Shown here piece by piece: positions 23,431 to 38,261 of a DNA stretch of 64,000 nt. The translations under genes were made by a program, and so were the position numbers. The stretch comes from Octopus vulgaris (taxonomy: Eukaryota), in assembly GCA_951406725.2 (NCBI GenBank), contig OX597838.1, positions 35,402,001 through 35,466,000 of the forward strand. The letters are read 5' to 3'. Below the pieces are notes generated by a model. That model had not been told where the DNA came from and made no database searches. It saw only the letters and a list, made by a program, of their open reading frames with translations. The stretch's first letter is position 1. Each line of letters opens with the position of its first letter.

Positions 23431-24525
23431 TTAAGGGTTAGTAAGTTAAATAGAATTTTAAAATATATGTTACATAAACTTTACTTGTAAGGCAAGGGCA
23501 TTGTTCACAATATGGTAGATTACTTCCACCCACAATGAAATCAGAACTTTAAACAATGTGAATCAACCTTGTATCTGTATGTAGATAACTCCTAGATATG
23601 TAATAGAGTATTCCTTATGTGAAGGGTTACACATGAAGGATAATAGATGATTCAAGAAATCCAGAGTGAGTTGATATATGAACCATTTATGAAATAGGCA
23701 AAAAAAAAAAAAAAGGTTGACACTAAGACCCAGACTGAAGGTAAAAAGAAAAAATATATATTTAATCAAAGATAATTAGAGTGAGGTGGGTTTAAGTTAA
23801 TAATAGAAGATAGAGGCAAATTAATTGATATACCAATGTTGACCATGTAAAGTTTATGTTATTTCACTGTATTTAGGAAGAGAAGGACAGTATGTAGCTA
23901 TTAGCTACAGGTGTTGACTACCTGTTGAACATTGCGTATGCTCGGTCAGGTACTTCCTGGCAAGTTTATGTCCAAACAAGTAGGAGCAGGTTATGCATTG
24001 TGAAAATGCAACCAGGGGTATATAGGGTTAACCCAAGGGGAATTTGGACCTGGGGGACCTCATGATTGCAAAGCACAAACTTCTTAACCATTCACTCATG
24101 CCAACATCTATATATATGTTGACAGACGGACAGAAGCCGAGACAGCAGCATGGAGAGATGCATGGACAAACTAACAGATCACCAATGCCTGTACAAGGAT
24201 TTTAGGTTGAGTGTGGCTTTCACAACACCACAACAGCTCTCACGTGTTTCTTACTCATGTCTCATATTACTCATACACAAATCTATCCACACCTCTGTCC
24301 ATTCCAACACCCACCAGCCTGTTAAATTCTCATTTAGCTCTCCACCCACCAAACAATCAATCAGCCAATCAGTCGTTTTCCTTTGTACTATTCTTCTGGT
24401 TTATATAGGGGTCCAGAGGTGAGGTTGTCTGTTAAGTCATACCACCTCATTGCTGGAGCTTAGTAATTCTGTGCATTATACGTATACTAAGTTCTAACAG
24501 TTGGTTAGTGATGGCTAAACAGAAT

Positions 24526-24610
24526 TTATATATATATATATGCATATATATATATGTGTATATGTATGTATGTGTATGTGTATATGTGTATATGTATATG
24601 TATATATATG

Positions 24611-24641
<31 letters not shown>

Positions 24642-24642
24642 G

Positions 24643-24673
<31 letters not shown>

Positions 24674-24810
24674 GTATATATATATGTATATGTATATATA
24701 TATATGTGTGTATATATATGTGTGTATATATATGTATATATATATATGTATATGTATATATGTATATATATATATATATATGTGTATATATATATATATA
24801 TGTATATATC
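24526..24810. repeat. (TA)n/(TATG)n microsatellite
   Basis: Read directly from the sequence. Confidence 0.95.
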
Positions 24811-26189
24811 CATAGAGGTGGAGAGAAATAGAGGGGAGAATATATATTAGGAAAGTGCACCGTTTTTAAGTTGTGATTTTCTTTTAGATGAGGAATTTTA
24901 ATGCCAACAGTATTCCAATATATACCATTTATATATTTTGTGTGAAATACAATTGTGTCCTGGTATTGTTGCAGATATTCATAGGCCGCTTGAAATAAAT
25001 ACGATTTGATATCGATATAGAGCAATTTAAATGTCAAACAATGAAAGAATAAATCACTTGCTGTCTTCCATAGTTTTGGAAACCGTGTAGTTACCTTTTG
25101 AAAGAGGAATTTTAATAACCCGTCTAAATATCTGCCAATTCCTGCACAATATTCATTATCCAGCCTCATTCCAGGACCTCAAAGCAGTTGCTTGGTATAT
25201 CTGTGTAACAAACTGTAAAGCTAACCAGAGAAGATGCCACTTAGAGGGGCGATGCAAACTGAAACAATATTAGGGTTAGATGCTGCAATCTTGCATTTTC
25301 CAAGCAACACGAAGAGCTACTTTGCAACGGTCGCTATGCCTCTTAAGCAAATTTGCATTATCACTAGGATACTATGCTGTTTCAAGAACAAGTATAAGAA
25401 AAATCCATGCTTAGATTTTACTTCTACCATGTAAAAACCAAGCCCTGATTCTCATTCATGATACTGTATGGTCCATAAATGGTAAGGATCTTCAACTGTG
25501 TGAACTACCAGCTCCAGTAGGAACTACAGGTGCAACTCTCAGTCAAGACATTCTTTAGATAACCATCTATGGCAGTTATCAGCACAAAAAGTATATTCAC
25601 CAAAATGATTTGCTTTTGGTTTCAGAAAGAAAAAAAATATAAAATGTTCATGCAAATATCAGACAAAATGGTGACAATCAACTTGGGAGGAATAGTTTTT
25701 TTTTTTATGCTTTTGATGGAAAAAGCAAAATGACTTTTCCAACTGAATTTTGGTAAATAAAAAGTGCTTCACTCAAGTAGACTCAATATAGCAGGGTTTT
25801 TACCTGGAATTGTTAATGGGTTGCAGGATTGCTTAGACTGCTCTTAAGCTGTCACTCAACCTTGTAACATAATGGAAATTCTGCGTGCCAAATAGGCAAA
25901 GAATCTGAACAGCCTGATGTTCTGAGGCAGATCAAGCAGAAAATATGAGATGGATACACAATGTCTCCACTGGCTTGCACTCAAAGCTCTCAGTTGTACT
26001 CTACAATATCTTAAAAGTAACACGAACATGAGTAGAATCTTATAGGCACAAGGCCTGATATATAGAAGGGACATACAACGGATATGCGGGGACATAAAGA
26101 CGGATGAAAAATGATAAATGAAATGAACATAAATATGATGCAAATGAGACGGCCCCCTTGCCCCCCGCTGCGAGATGAACCATGAATGC

Positions 26190-26283
26190 CTTTACAATAA
26201 ACTTTACAATTAAACTTTACGATTAAACATACAATTAAACTTTACAATTAACTTAACAATTAGACTTTACAATTAACTTTAAA
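26190..26283. repeat. ~13-bp tandem repeat (AAACTTTACAATT) x~7
   Basis: Read directly from the sequence. Confidence 0.85.
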
Positions 26284-27187
26284 GCTACCTCTAGTTTCGC
26301 TACATTGCAAAACTGTGACCTTTCCTTTCATTTTTTTCTTTAATTTAACTGTTCATATGTGTCCTTTTACAACAGAAAATGAAACTTTTTTTTTTTTTGT
26401 AACTTTTAATTGTTTGTCCATTCATCAGTTCTTTTTCCATTGTTTTCTTTACAATGTTCACTTGCTAGAGAGGTCTCAGCAACCAATTTTGCCAAAGTTT
26501 TGCTTTAATTTCAACATTTTCTATCCTCAGTGGAAAAGTGATGAAAGAAAAATGTGGAACTATCATCAGTACATCTCCAGAAATGCTACTAAAAGTTTAT
26601 CCTAATATCTCACACAATTGTCGAAACCATGAGTGGTTTTCTGGTGGTGCTATAAAGTTTGGATTCCTGAGACTCCGTTATAGATAACTAGCTGTCATAA
26701 TTCTTACACCTCATGGATCAAATCCACCATTACGATTGGGTATTCTTAGAAAAAAGCTGCTTCCATTCTCTACATTCCAGTCAGCCCATCAGATATACTC
26801 TTTCAATTCAAATATCTTCAGTAGCCAGTGACAATAAGTGCCGGTGCAGCCTTCTTTCTATTTCCAGCTGTTACATTCTGAATGCTCCTCAGAATCAAGT
26901 GTGGTAAGGCTGAGGGGGTGGTGGTGCCCATGTCTGCTTCTGACTATGCAGGCACCTAGAATTAGCAATAGTAGGGTGATATATGTGTATGGGTGAATGT
27001 ATTTGTCTCCTTTTTTCTTGATAGTGTGTGCTAATTGTGAATGAGTGTCACTGCCATACAGTCTGGGTATTGAATATTCTGCAAAACCATGTCTAGACAT
27101 GGAGAAATATTAATTTGCTCAGAAGCAGGTGTGAGTTGGTGAGCAGAAATGTATTTGGTTGTAGAAAATCTGCCTCAATAAAAAAAA

Positions 27188-27419
27188 GGTGGCGAGCTGG
27201 CAGAAACGTTAGCATGCTGGGCGAAATGCTTATCAGTATTTCGTCTGCCGTTTGGTTCTGAGTTCAAATTCTGCCGAGGTCAACTTTGCCTTTCACCCTT
27301 TTGGGGTTGATAAATTAAGTACCAGTTACGCACTGGGGTCGATGCAACCGACTTAATCCGTTTGTCTGTCCTTGTTTGTCCCCTCCTATGTTTAGCCCCT
27401 TGTGGGCAATAAAGAAATA
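27188..27419 (+). mobile_element. Full-length SINE family A
   Basis: GGTGGCGAGCTGGCAGAAACG...AAAGAAATA; approximate TSD AGAAAATCT(G/A)CCT(C/T)AA. Confidence 0.9.
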
Positions 27420-27532
27420 AGAAAATCTACCTTAAGAAAGTCCATCTAGCCCATGCGAACATGGAAAAGTGGATGTTAATAAACAAAAAAAAAAGGTGTG
27501 TGTATGTGTGTGTGTACAAAGTTTATTAATAA

Positions 27533-27744
27533 TGGCCTCAAATTTTGGCACAAGGCCAGCAATTAGTGGGGGAGTAAGTTGATTATATCAGCCCCAATGC
27601 TCAGCTGGCACTGATTTTATCAACCCCCAGCAGGATGAAAAACAAAGTCAACCTTGGTGGAATTTGAACTCAGAACATTAAGACAGATGAAATGCCACCA
27701 AACTTTTTGCCCAGCAAGCTAATGGTTCTGCCAATTTGTCACCT
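27533..27744 (-). mobile_element. SINE family A, diverged subtype
   Basis: CAGGATGAAAAACAAAGTCAACCTTGGTGGAATTTGAACTCAGAAC. Confidence 0.75.
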
Positions 27745-27759
27745 TAACTCTTTCTCTTT

Positions 27760-28173
27760 ACTCTCTTTTACTCTTTTACTTGTTTAAGTCATTTGACTGC
27801 GGCCATGCTGGAGCACCGCCTTTAGTCAAGCAAATCGACCCCCGGGACTTATTCTTTGTAAGCCCAGTACTTATTCTATCGGTCTCTTTTGCCGAACCGC
27901 TAAGTGACGGGGACGTAAACACACCAGCATCGGTTGTCAAGCAATGCTAGGGGGACAAACACAGACACACAAACACACACACACACATACATATATAAAT
28001 ATACATATATACGACAGGCTTCTTTCAGTTTCCGTCTACCAAATCTACTCACAAGGCATTGGTCGGCCCGGGGCTATAGCAGAAGACACTTGCCCAAGAT
28101 GCCATGCAGTGGGACTGAACCCGGAACCATGTGGTTGGTTAGCAAGCTACTTACCACACAGCCCCTCCTGCAC
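27760..28173 (-). mobile_element. SINE family B, full length
   Basis: Reverse complement of the family B consensus. Confidence 0.9.
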
Positions 28174-28382
28174 TTTATTTTGAGATGCTCTGTGTTTCTT
28201 CTAATTATTTTAAATATAACAAAGAATTTAGTAAAATAGCATCGTTATTATTGAGCTACTGTTAGGAACATAAATTGTGACTTAGATTTGGTGGAAGATT
28301 TGAATTCAAAACTTATGAAAACAAGATATTTATACTAGAGGGCCAGAGCCGGTTTCAACCGGGTTGGTAACAAAAGGGTTAA
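28174..28382 (-). mobile_element. piggyBac-type MITE, partial and inverted
   Basis: TTTTGAGATGCTCTGTG...GTAACAAAAGGGTTAA. Confidence 0.65.
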
Positions 28383-28664
28383 AGTTCATTAATAATTAAA
28401 AAAAAAAAGAAAAATGTTCAGCTTCTCTCCTGATTAAAACCGTCCCTTTTAGACTTCCCTGCGACTTCATTTTGTAGAATTCCTGTTTAGTACATTTGGC
28501 CTCAGTTTCTAACTAGAAATTATGAACACAATGGACAATACACACCAGTTTCATATACTTTCATCCATGCGTGCATTTATATATACATGTTGCATGTTTG
28601 CACGTGTGTTTGTCAATGTGTACGTTTGTGTGTGTATGTCTGTGCGCATGCATTTTTATGTGCA

Positions 28665-28700
<36 letters not shown>

Positions 28701-28859
28701 TCTATGTGTAGATGTGTGACAGAGCATATAAGTGTCGATGGGGGAGTTATTGCAGTCGTGACAGCTCTGAGACTTCACAACCCACTGAACTATCTGCCAT
28801 TCACTCTCCAACTATTTTATTCATTGTGCCAGCTGCATTAGGGTCATTATTTAGCTATA

Positions 28860-29540
<681 letters not shown>

Positions 29541-30642
29541 CAAATAATTATTTCTTCTGTGCTTATGCCAAATTGTGTGCGTATGTGTACTGAACCACAC
29601 TCCCCCCCCCCCTGATCTGCATACATATACACATGCATATATGATATCTCTATATCTATATTCATAAATATATATGTATAGATATACGTATGTTTATATA
29701 TGTATACGCACACACATACACAAACAATTTCCTTGTGTGTGTGTATGTGTGCGCGTGTAAGTATGTCCCAGATATCAAAATATAAAACACAAAAAATACC
29801 GAAACAACAACAAAAAAAGCGCACGCACGCACGCACACACACACATGCAAAAAGAAAAGAAAATGAAAAAGGACCCCTAAAAACCCTCCCAAAATAATAA
29901 TAATAATAATAATAATAATAGTAAAGAGAGAGTAAAGTAATTGAGCTATGAAATATTATTGAATGCAAAATTCCCTGAATGCTTTCCCCAGCAATGATAA
30001 ACTACAGAATATAGTTTTCTGTTGTGATTGATGCATACAATAAAGGAACAGAAGGCTTATTCATTTATTAATGTATTTTCTTTTTTTTTTTGTGCATTGC
30101 TCTGAGAATTTCCCCCCTTTTCCTACATTTTATTATATTTTTGTTAGATAATATTATTCTTATTTTCTTCAACTTACCTCCTTTTTAAAAAAAAATTAAC
30201 TTTGGTTTCCCGATTTTTTTTTTATTATTCTATTCCAACATCACCATCATCATCATTATTATTATTATTATTATTATTATCATCATTTTTATTTTACCTT
30301 AAAATATTTTTTTCTGTTCCCTCACCCATCTTGCAGCATTTGTTTGCGGCTGACTTAGATGTTTTTTTTTTGTTTTTTCTTCTTTACTACACGGTTTTGA
30401 TAAAATAGTTCAGTGTGGCTCTATCCAGATTATATGACGATAACAAGTAATAAAGTACCTATCACTACCAGCAATATTTATTGAGAGTTGTGACTAATGG
30501 GAAGCTGTCATGGCTGCACAGTTACAGTTTGTTCCACAACCATGTGCATTGTGAGTGCAATTTCATTTGCACTTCACTTTCTTTCGGCAAGCGTTTACAA
30601 TTGTAGTTTTGTATATGCATGTGTATGTATATATATATATAT

Positions 30643-31030
30643 ATCATCATCATTTAATGTGCGTTTTCTATGCCAGCATGGGTTGGATGTTTCAACTGGG
30701 GTCTGGGAAGCCAGGAGGCTGCACCAGGCTCTAGTCTGATATGGCAGTGTTTCTACAGCTGGATACCCTTCCTAACGCCAACCACTCCGTGAGTGTAGTG
30801 GATGCTTTTTATGTGCCACTGGCACAGGGGCCAGAGGAGGCTGGTAACGGCCACAATCAGTTGGTGCTTTTTACATGCCACCAGCACGGAAGCCAGTCAT
30901 GGCAGTGCTGGCATCAGCCATGTTCGGATGGTGCTTTTTACGTGCCACCGGCACAGGGATCACAACTACAGTTTCCATTGATTTTTGATGTTGATGTACT
31001 TGACTCAATAGGTCTCCTCAAGCACAGCGT
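30643..31030 (-). mobile_element. RTE LINE 3' UTR fragment
   Basis: (ATC)n tail, GCATGGGTTGGA, CTGGATACCCTTCCTAACGCCAACCACTCCGTGAG, repeated GTGCTTTTTACGTGCCACCGGCAC modules. Confidence 0.85.
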
Positions 31031-31134
31031 CGAAACAGTGTTTCTTTACTTGCCACCTACACAGGAGTCAGTGTAGATGTATATAGCTGTGCCTGTTCAT
31101 ATGTATATGTGTGTGTGTATATATATACATATAC

Positions 31135-31184
<50 letters not shown>

Positions 31185-31860
31185 ATACACACACACTCAT
31201 ATAATGGGTGTTGTATGTGTAAGTTTTTGAGAACAAGACTTGCACATACAAAATAAAGTACTCACCAGTTCAACTTGAAGCATGTGCTATTTCATTTGGG
31301 CCTACATTATTGTTGTCTAATATATTCTTGTTCTGATTTCAAGGGATCTCCTTCATAACTTGCATATATTTTTGATCATTCACATTTCAATATCTGCTTT
31401 TCCATGCTGTCATGGGTTGGACATGCTTCATTGAAGCAGGATTTTATGACTTGATGCCCTTTCTCCCACCACTCTTTTTAGTCGCCTATTCTGACTTACA
31501 GGGACAAAGTGTACCTATTTGAGAACCTGCATTTGTTTGGTACTTCAGTTTTGTTTTCCTTTGTAGCCCTCACTTGCCACAGACATCATCTGTTATATTA
31601 CATTTAAAACAAGACCAACAATGACCCACTCCTAAATATTTCATATCTGCCTTTATCTACTTATATATATTGGATGTCTTTGAGTGAAAATGTCTTCTAA
31701 TGTTAATAAGTTAAAAGGAGTTAATAAAAGTGAGTGATTTGGGGGAAGGTTTGGAAAGAAAGCATTGAACAACAAAAATTGAAACGATACAGCAATGCAG
31801 TATTTGAAAAGCGGTGAAAACTGGAACAAGCACACCCCACCATATGTATGTATGTATGTA

Positions 31861-31900
<40 letters not shown>

Positions 31901-32534
31901 CACAAACACCCTCACACACATTCTGCGTGTGTCTTTCAATGATATTGGTGTAACATATAAAATGTAGGCGAGAGAAAAACGTATGCTTTATGATAAATAT
32001 CTCTTGCAATATTTGTCCTGTATTGAGTTAGACACCCTTTTATCATTCATTCTATCAGGAATACAGTGAATCATTGATTGGCCAGTTGGAAACTGACAGC
32101 CAACCAATAGAAACGCTATTGTTCACAAATTGCTTGATGGCAAACATGGGGTTAAAATACAGTTTCAGATGGATGCCTTTTGGATAAATATATATATGTA
32201 TACACATACACACACATATATACACATACATTAAGGCATGTAAGCCACCACATTGATGATTAAAGGTGTGTTGATTAGAAATGGTTCTGCATGTCTAGTT
32301 TTTCCAGCACAATAAAGGACCTCTACATTTCATTATTTATTGTTGTTTAGCTCCCTATGGTCAAATGTGTTACAGCTATGTCTGTACAGTTTTTTTTAAA
32401 AGATGCATTATCCAATACGTCCTTCACTTTTAGCTCAATACTGTTGTGTTTAGCCTCTGGTCAATCCTGAAGCAACAGAGCTATGATCAAAGACGTTCTG
32501 GATGTGGCCATCTCATCATTTTTTTTTTACAAGT

Positions 32535-32780
32535 GTTAGTTAGTTAGTTAGTTAATTTTTGGCTCAAAAAGCAAAAAGCAAAGCCATGTAGGGGGACATG
32601 GAGTTATGTACATGGTGGTGTTCATGTAAAGAATTCAGGCCATTTGTGGTCAAGGGAGACTTTGAACCGAGCGGTTGTCGGCATCTTCACCATCTCCTCC
32701 GGCAGCTTATTCTACGGATCCACAACCCGGACGGAGAAAGCCCCTCTCCTTCGATTGAGATGAAATCATCGCAGATAGTG
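32535..32780 (-). mobile_element. CR1-like LINE 3' end, second family with (CTAA)n tail
   Basis: Minus strand RRRGAFSVRVVDP*NKLPEEMVKMPTTARFKVSLD followed by (TAAC)n. Confidence 0.75.
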
Positions 32781-33733
32781 TGTCTAATGATCACATTATC
32801 CAATTGTTCTTTGTTTTTCAAGACAGGGATTTGAAAAAAATTTGGCTTCTGTTTTTAAGACTGTATTTTTTTGAGTTCCAAATTTTTCTTGATGCCATCT
32901 CAGCCGTCAGCTGCTTTGACCAGATTCCCCAAATTCTTAGAAAATGCTTTAGTCAGTTACATTTTGTGTTAGGAAACCAAAATAGTTTCAAGTTCAAATC
33001 ACAGAAAAGATTTATAATAGCTCTTTCACTGGATTATGTATCAATTGATTAAATGAAGGTGGATGGTTGGGTAGATTACACAATTGTTGTTCTCCCATTA
33101 AACTGAAATGTTCCAGGTATGACTGTTCTATTTTCATTTTGCTGATGTAAAATATATTGGTTGGTGTCTTGACAGAGTCATTAACTGTGGTGGTATCCCA
33201 GCTCTGAGTTCAAATCTTGCTGAAATTAGCTTGGCCTTTCATATTTCCAATGTTTATAAACAAAGTACCGGTCAAGTACTGAAGTTGATTCCTCTTTCTC
33301 TCTCTCCTTCTCTTTTTATCTCTTTCCTTATCTCTCAGAATTGGCTACGTTGCATTGTGAACTAGTTAGAGTGATTTCATTCATAGAAATCTTTTCTTTG
33401 TATGTTAGATGAGTGTTTGAGCATGGGGCTTGCAGAAGCCTCTTATCATAGAAACACTGATATGCTAATAAAACTGTTCAAGACTAAATCATTGTACTGT
33501 GTTGCCCAGCAATGGTAACAATAAAAATAATAAATGCAAGATTATGTTATCCAATGTAATTCTCAGATTTAAAATAGCAGGAGGTAATTGAGGGTGATTT
33601 GACTGTTATATCCACAACTTCGACCATCCACTTAGAGGCTTCCTTTTTACTGGTGGTGGTAGAAAGGTGAGTTATGAGGAGGAATAAGGAATTAAGATAA
33701 GTTCAATACCATTTGGCATTTAAAATTCATTCG

Positions 33734-33801
<68 letters not shown>

Positions 33802-33924
33802 GTTTTACTTATTAATAGCTTTTAAGTGTTTGTGTTTTCTGCTTTGTGAGATAGAGAAAGTCTGGAAGTAGTCTAATAGAAAAAAAAGTTATAATGACAG
33901 CAATTAATAATAATAATAATAACA

Positions 33925-33955
<31 letters not shown>

Positions 33956-34209
33956 TAGTAATAATAATAGTAATGCTGCTACTGCTGATGGTGATAATTA
34001 TAATGATTATTATTATTGTTGCTGTTGTTGATTTTGTAATTATAATGCTGATGAGAATGAAGGGGTGGTGGTGGTGGTGGCAGCAGCAGAGATTACCGAT
34101 AAATGAATTAGTCTGGAGTATTTTATATGTGTGCATATATGTATGTATATTCATATGTGTGTGTGTGTGTGTAGATTTATGTATATAAATATAAGTATAT
34201 ACCTACATT

Positions 34210-34296
<87 letters not shown>

Positions 34297-34995
34297 CTGT
34301 GTATATACATACATATAAATTTGTATATGTATACATATATATTTATGCATTCACTCACACACACACATACACACACACACACACACATACTATTTGATGA
34401 AATGGTGAAAATGGATCTACTATTTCTCATGAGTGGAATTAATAATATTAGTCATGATAATCACATCATCATCATCATCATCATCATCACCATAAACAAC
34501 AACGATGAACACACACACACACACACACACTCAATATAACACCCCCCACCCACCCACCACCATCATTTGTATTTTCAATCATTATGATAATTTGATAAAA
34601 ACAATAACCAAGGAAGGAAATAATAATAATAATAATAATAATGATAATAATCTTTATTGTTTCTTTGCTTTGTTTTTTAATTGTGTTTGTTTAGTCTGGT
34701 ATTTCTTCTCTGCTGCAGAAATAACGACAGTCAGATCTACACAACAACAACAACAACAACAATAACAACGACGACATTGATAATGACAACAATATATAAA
34801 TGATATAATGATATAATCGGAATAATAACTTTGTATGCCATGTATGGCTTGATTGTCTGCATTTCCTGTGTTATCTAATATACCATCTGTGATTTGAGTG
34901 ATTGATTGATTGGTTGGTCGGTCGATCGGTCGGTCGGTGGGGAAGGCGGGATGTGGGGAAGCGAGTGAGCGAGCGATGGAAGGAGGCAGAGAAGC

Positions 34996-35023
34996 ATGTT
35001 TGAATTTGTGTCTCATTGTAATG
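34996..35023 (+). CDS. Weak candidate short coding start MFEFVSHCN(G) at the end of a putative exon 34719-35023
   Basis: Acceptor TATTTCTTCTCTGCTGCAG ends at 34718; strong donor AATG|GTGAGT at 35023/35024. Confidence 0.25.
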
Positions 35024-35027
35024 GTGA

Positions 35028-35058
<31 letters not shown>

Positions 35059-35300
35059 TGTTTGAGATGGATAGATAGATAGATTGAGAGAGCATAGGAT
35101 ACCTGCGAAGGTGAGAGTGTGTATCTGAGGAGGAGAGAATAGAAACTCTGTGATTGTGTGTGTGTGTGTGTATGTGTGTTTGTGTGTGTGTGTGTATGCA
35201 CATGTGTGTGTCTGAGATGGTTAGATAGATAGATAGATAGATAGATAGAGTGAATAGAATAGCTGTGATTGTATGTGTGTATTTCATATATATACATACA

Positions 35301-35338
<38 letters not shown>

Positions 35339-35566
35339 AATTAAACTATGGTTGCAGAACAAATATATATATATATGGGCATGGCTGTGTGGTTAGGGAA
35401 CTTGCTTCCTAGCAACATGGTTTCGGGTTCAGTCCCACTGCGTGGCACTTTGGGCAGGTGTCTTCTACTATAGCCCTGGGCCGACTGGAGCTTTGTGATT
35501 GAATTTGGTAGGCGGAAGTTACTGCCGTGTGCGTGTAGGTGCTCAGTGCCTCTCCAAAAGAGAGAG

Positions 35567-35609
<43 letters not shown>

Positions 35610-36438
35610 TAGATAGATAGATAGATAGTGTGTGTGTGTGTGTGTGCATGTACATGCTAGAGACAGAACAGATAGACAGATAAATAAAAAGAGAGAAATG
35701 CAGTTATAAGGGAATGATATATAATATTATGCGGATGTTGTTGACGATAATGTTAAAGTTTGTCTATAACAATGCAAGTGTGAAAATTCACACGTGTGTG
35801 TGTGTGTGTGCATGCGTGTGTGTGTGAGATAGAGAGAGAGAGAGAGAGATGAAAAGAGAGGTTCTGTGTAGGTGTGGGGTAGAAGACGAAGGATGCGGAA
35901 TAATATGGTGTACTGTTTCATATCAGTAATAGTTGTTATCATTATTATTATTATTATTATTATTATGCTGGTCACTGTATGAAACTTTGTCTATGACATG
36001 TGTGTGTATGTGTATATGCGTGTGAGAGAGAGACAGAGAGAGATAGGTAGTAAAAGGTAAGGTGGTGTCTTTATATCAGTGGCATGATGATGACTGTGTC
36101 CTAGAGAGAGAGAGAGAGAGAGAGATAAAGCACTGGTTCATGACAATAGCTCCATAATAATGATGGTGTTGACGAAGATGATCAGAATAATGGGTTTGTT
36201 GTTGGTTTAGTTCCACTATGATAACAATGTTTGGAGAGATGGATGATGTTTGCACTAATTATTATTATTACCGTCATCATCATCATCATCATCATCGTCA
36301 TCATGATTCACTCTTGCCATGATGCAAGCTGACACTGATTTGCTTTATATATGCATTGGTCTATGAAACATCAACTCCAGCCAATAACTCCTAATATACA
36401 CACTAATATACACTTGTACCATAGGAACACTCAAAACA

Positions 36439-36474
<36 letters not shown>

Positions 36475-36676
36475 CATACACACACTCACTTACATATGCA
36501 TATACATAAATCGATATGTGCAGAAGCCCATACACACACGCACACACACTTATATGTGTATATAATGCATATATATGACATTTATATATGCTATATATAC
36601 ACACATACATACATATATATATATGTGTGTGTGTGTATATATATATACACACACACATACATACATATATATATAT

Positions 36677-36756
<80 letters not shown>

Positions 36757-36760
<4 letters not shown>

Positions 36761-36805
36761 ACATATGTATACTGTATAAATATATATGTATGATACATAT
36801 GTATA

Positions 36806-36837
<32 letters not shown>

Positions 36838-36866
36838 CAATATATATGTATGATACATATGTATAC

Positions 36867-36905
<39 letters not shown>

Positions 36906-36945
36906 ATATATATGTATGATACTTATGTATACTGTATAAATATAT
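36757..36945. repeat. Higher-order repeat of TGATACATATGTATACTGT spaced by variable (TA)n
   Basis: Motif recurs 4 times. Confidence 0.85.
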
Positions 36946-37477
36946 ATAGATATATCATATACATATACACATACATACATACACATGCCGCATGTATGTG
37001 CATGTGTATTTTGGTAAATGATGGCAGAATTGGTGCGTCAAACAACAATACCTTATGGCATTTTGTTCTGTATTGGTTATCTTTATGCCCTGTTGACTTT
37101 GCCTTTAGTTTCCACCAAGATCGATAACATGAGTACGAGATTAAAGTACTGGGAGGAGGCGTCGATGGTAATTGACCAAGAATCCTTGAAGGCAGTGCTT
37201 CAGCATGGTCGCAGTCCAATGGCTACAACCAGTAACGGGATAAAAGAAAGAAAACACAAATGTGTATGAATAGATACATGTGCATACATACGTACAAACA
37301 TGTAGGTGGATATGTGTGCAGTTGACACTGATGCATATTTCTGCCATCATTTGTTGCTGACGAGAGATTACTCACTGTTTTCAGAATCTTTTGAAAGCAT
37401 CACTTTTTCCAGCAGCGCCAAGGAATGTCAAGCTATTTTAGCCCATTATAGAATATGTTAATCCTATCCATGAATTC

Positions 37478-37528
<51 letters not shown>

Positions 37529-37759
37529 CACACTCACACATGCACACACAAAATTTATTGAACTGGCTTCTGAAAGGCTGCATAACATGCTAGATAGAGC
37601 AACTGGATCTTCCACAATTCAGACCAAACTGTTTTGAAAAGCCAATGATAGAAGTAAAAAGACGATGCATCAGAAACAGTGTTTTCGGAATCTGTTGATA
37701 GCATCACTTTTTCCTGCACTGCTAAAGAATGCCAAGGTATTTTAGATTTTAACTCAATA

Positions 37760-38170
37760 TAGGCGGAGGAGTGGCTGTGTGGTAAGTAGCTTGCTTACTA
37801 ACCACATGGTTCTGGGTTCAATCCCACTGCGTGGCACTTTGGGCAAGTGTCTTCTACTATAGCCTCGGGCCGACCAAAGCCTTGTGAGTGGATTTGGTAG
37901 ACGGAAACTGAAAGAAGCCCATCGTGTATATGTATATATATATATATATGTGTGTGTGTGTTTGTGTGTCTGGGTTTGTCTCCCCCCCCCAACATTGCTT
38001 GACAACCGATGCTGGTGTGTTTACCTCCCCGTAACTTAGCGGTTCGGCAAAGAGACCGATAGAATAAGTACTGGGCTTACAAAGAATAAGTCCTGGGGTC
38101 GATTTGCTCGACTAAAGGTGGTGCTCCAGCATGGCCGCAGTCAAATGACTGAAGCAAGTAAAAGAGAGAG
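37760..38170 (+). mobile_element. SINE family B, full length
   Basis: GGCGGAGGAGTGGCTGTGTGGTAAG...AAGCAAGTAAAAGAG. Confidence 0.9.
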
Positions 38171-38261
38171 TATAAAATATTTTATTTCTTTCATAGAATC
38201 ACCAGTCTATGATACATACACACAGAATCCAATGGTTCTGTATGATTCAGTGGGTTATTGG

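Noticed and set aside
24447-25169. 240-aa minus-strand ORF
   Set aside because: Half is (TA)n; the unique half has no recognisable motif and low-GC non-coding composition
30165-31275. Strong minus-strand donor motifs (GAG|GTAAGT at ~30178, CTG|GTGAGT at ~31268)
   Set aside because: No convincing coding frame or acceptor; they show that strand assignment from donor motifs alone is unreliable
32535-32556. (TTAG)n as an interstitial telomeric repeat
   Set aside because: It is the tandem tail of the adjacent CR1-like LINE end and is not TTAGGG
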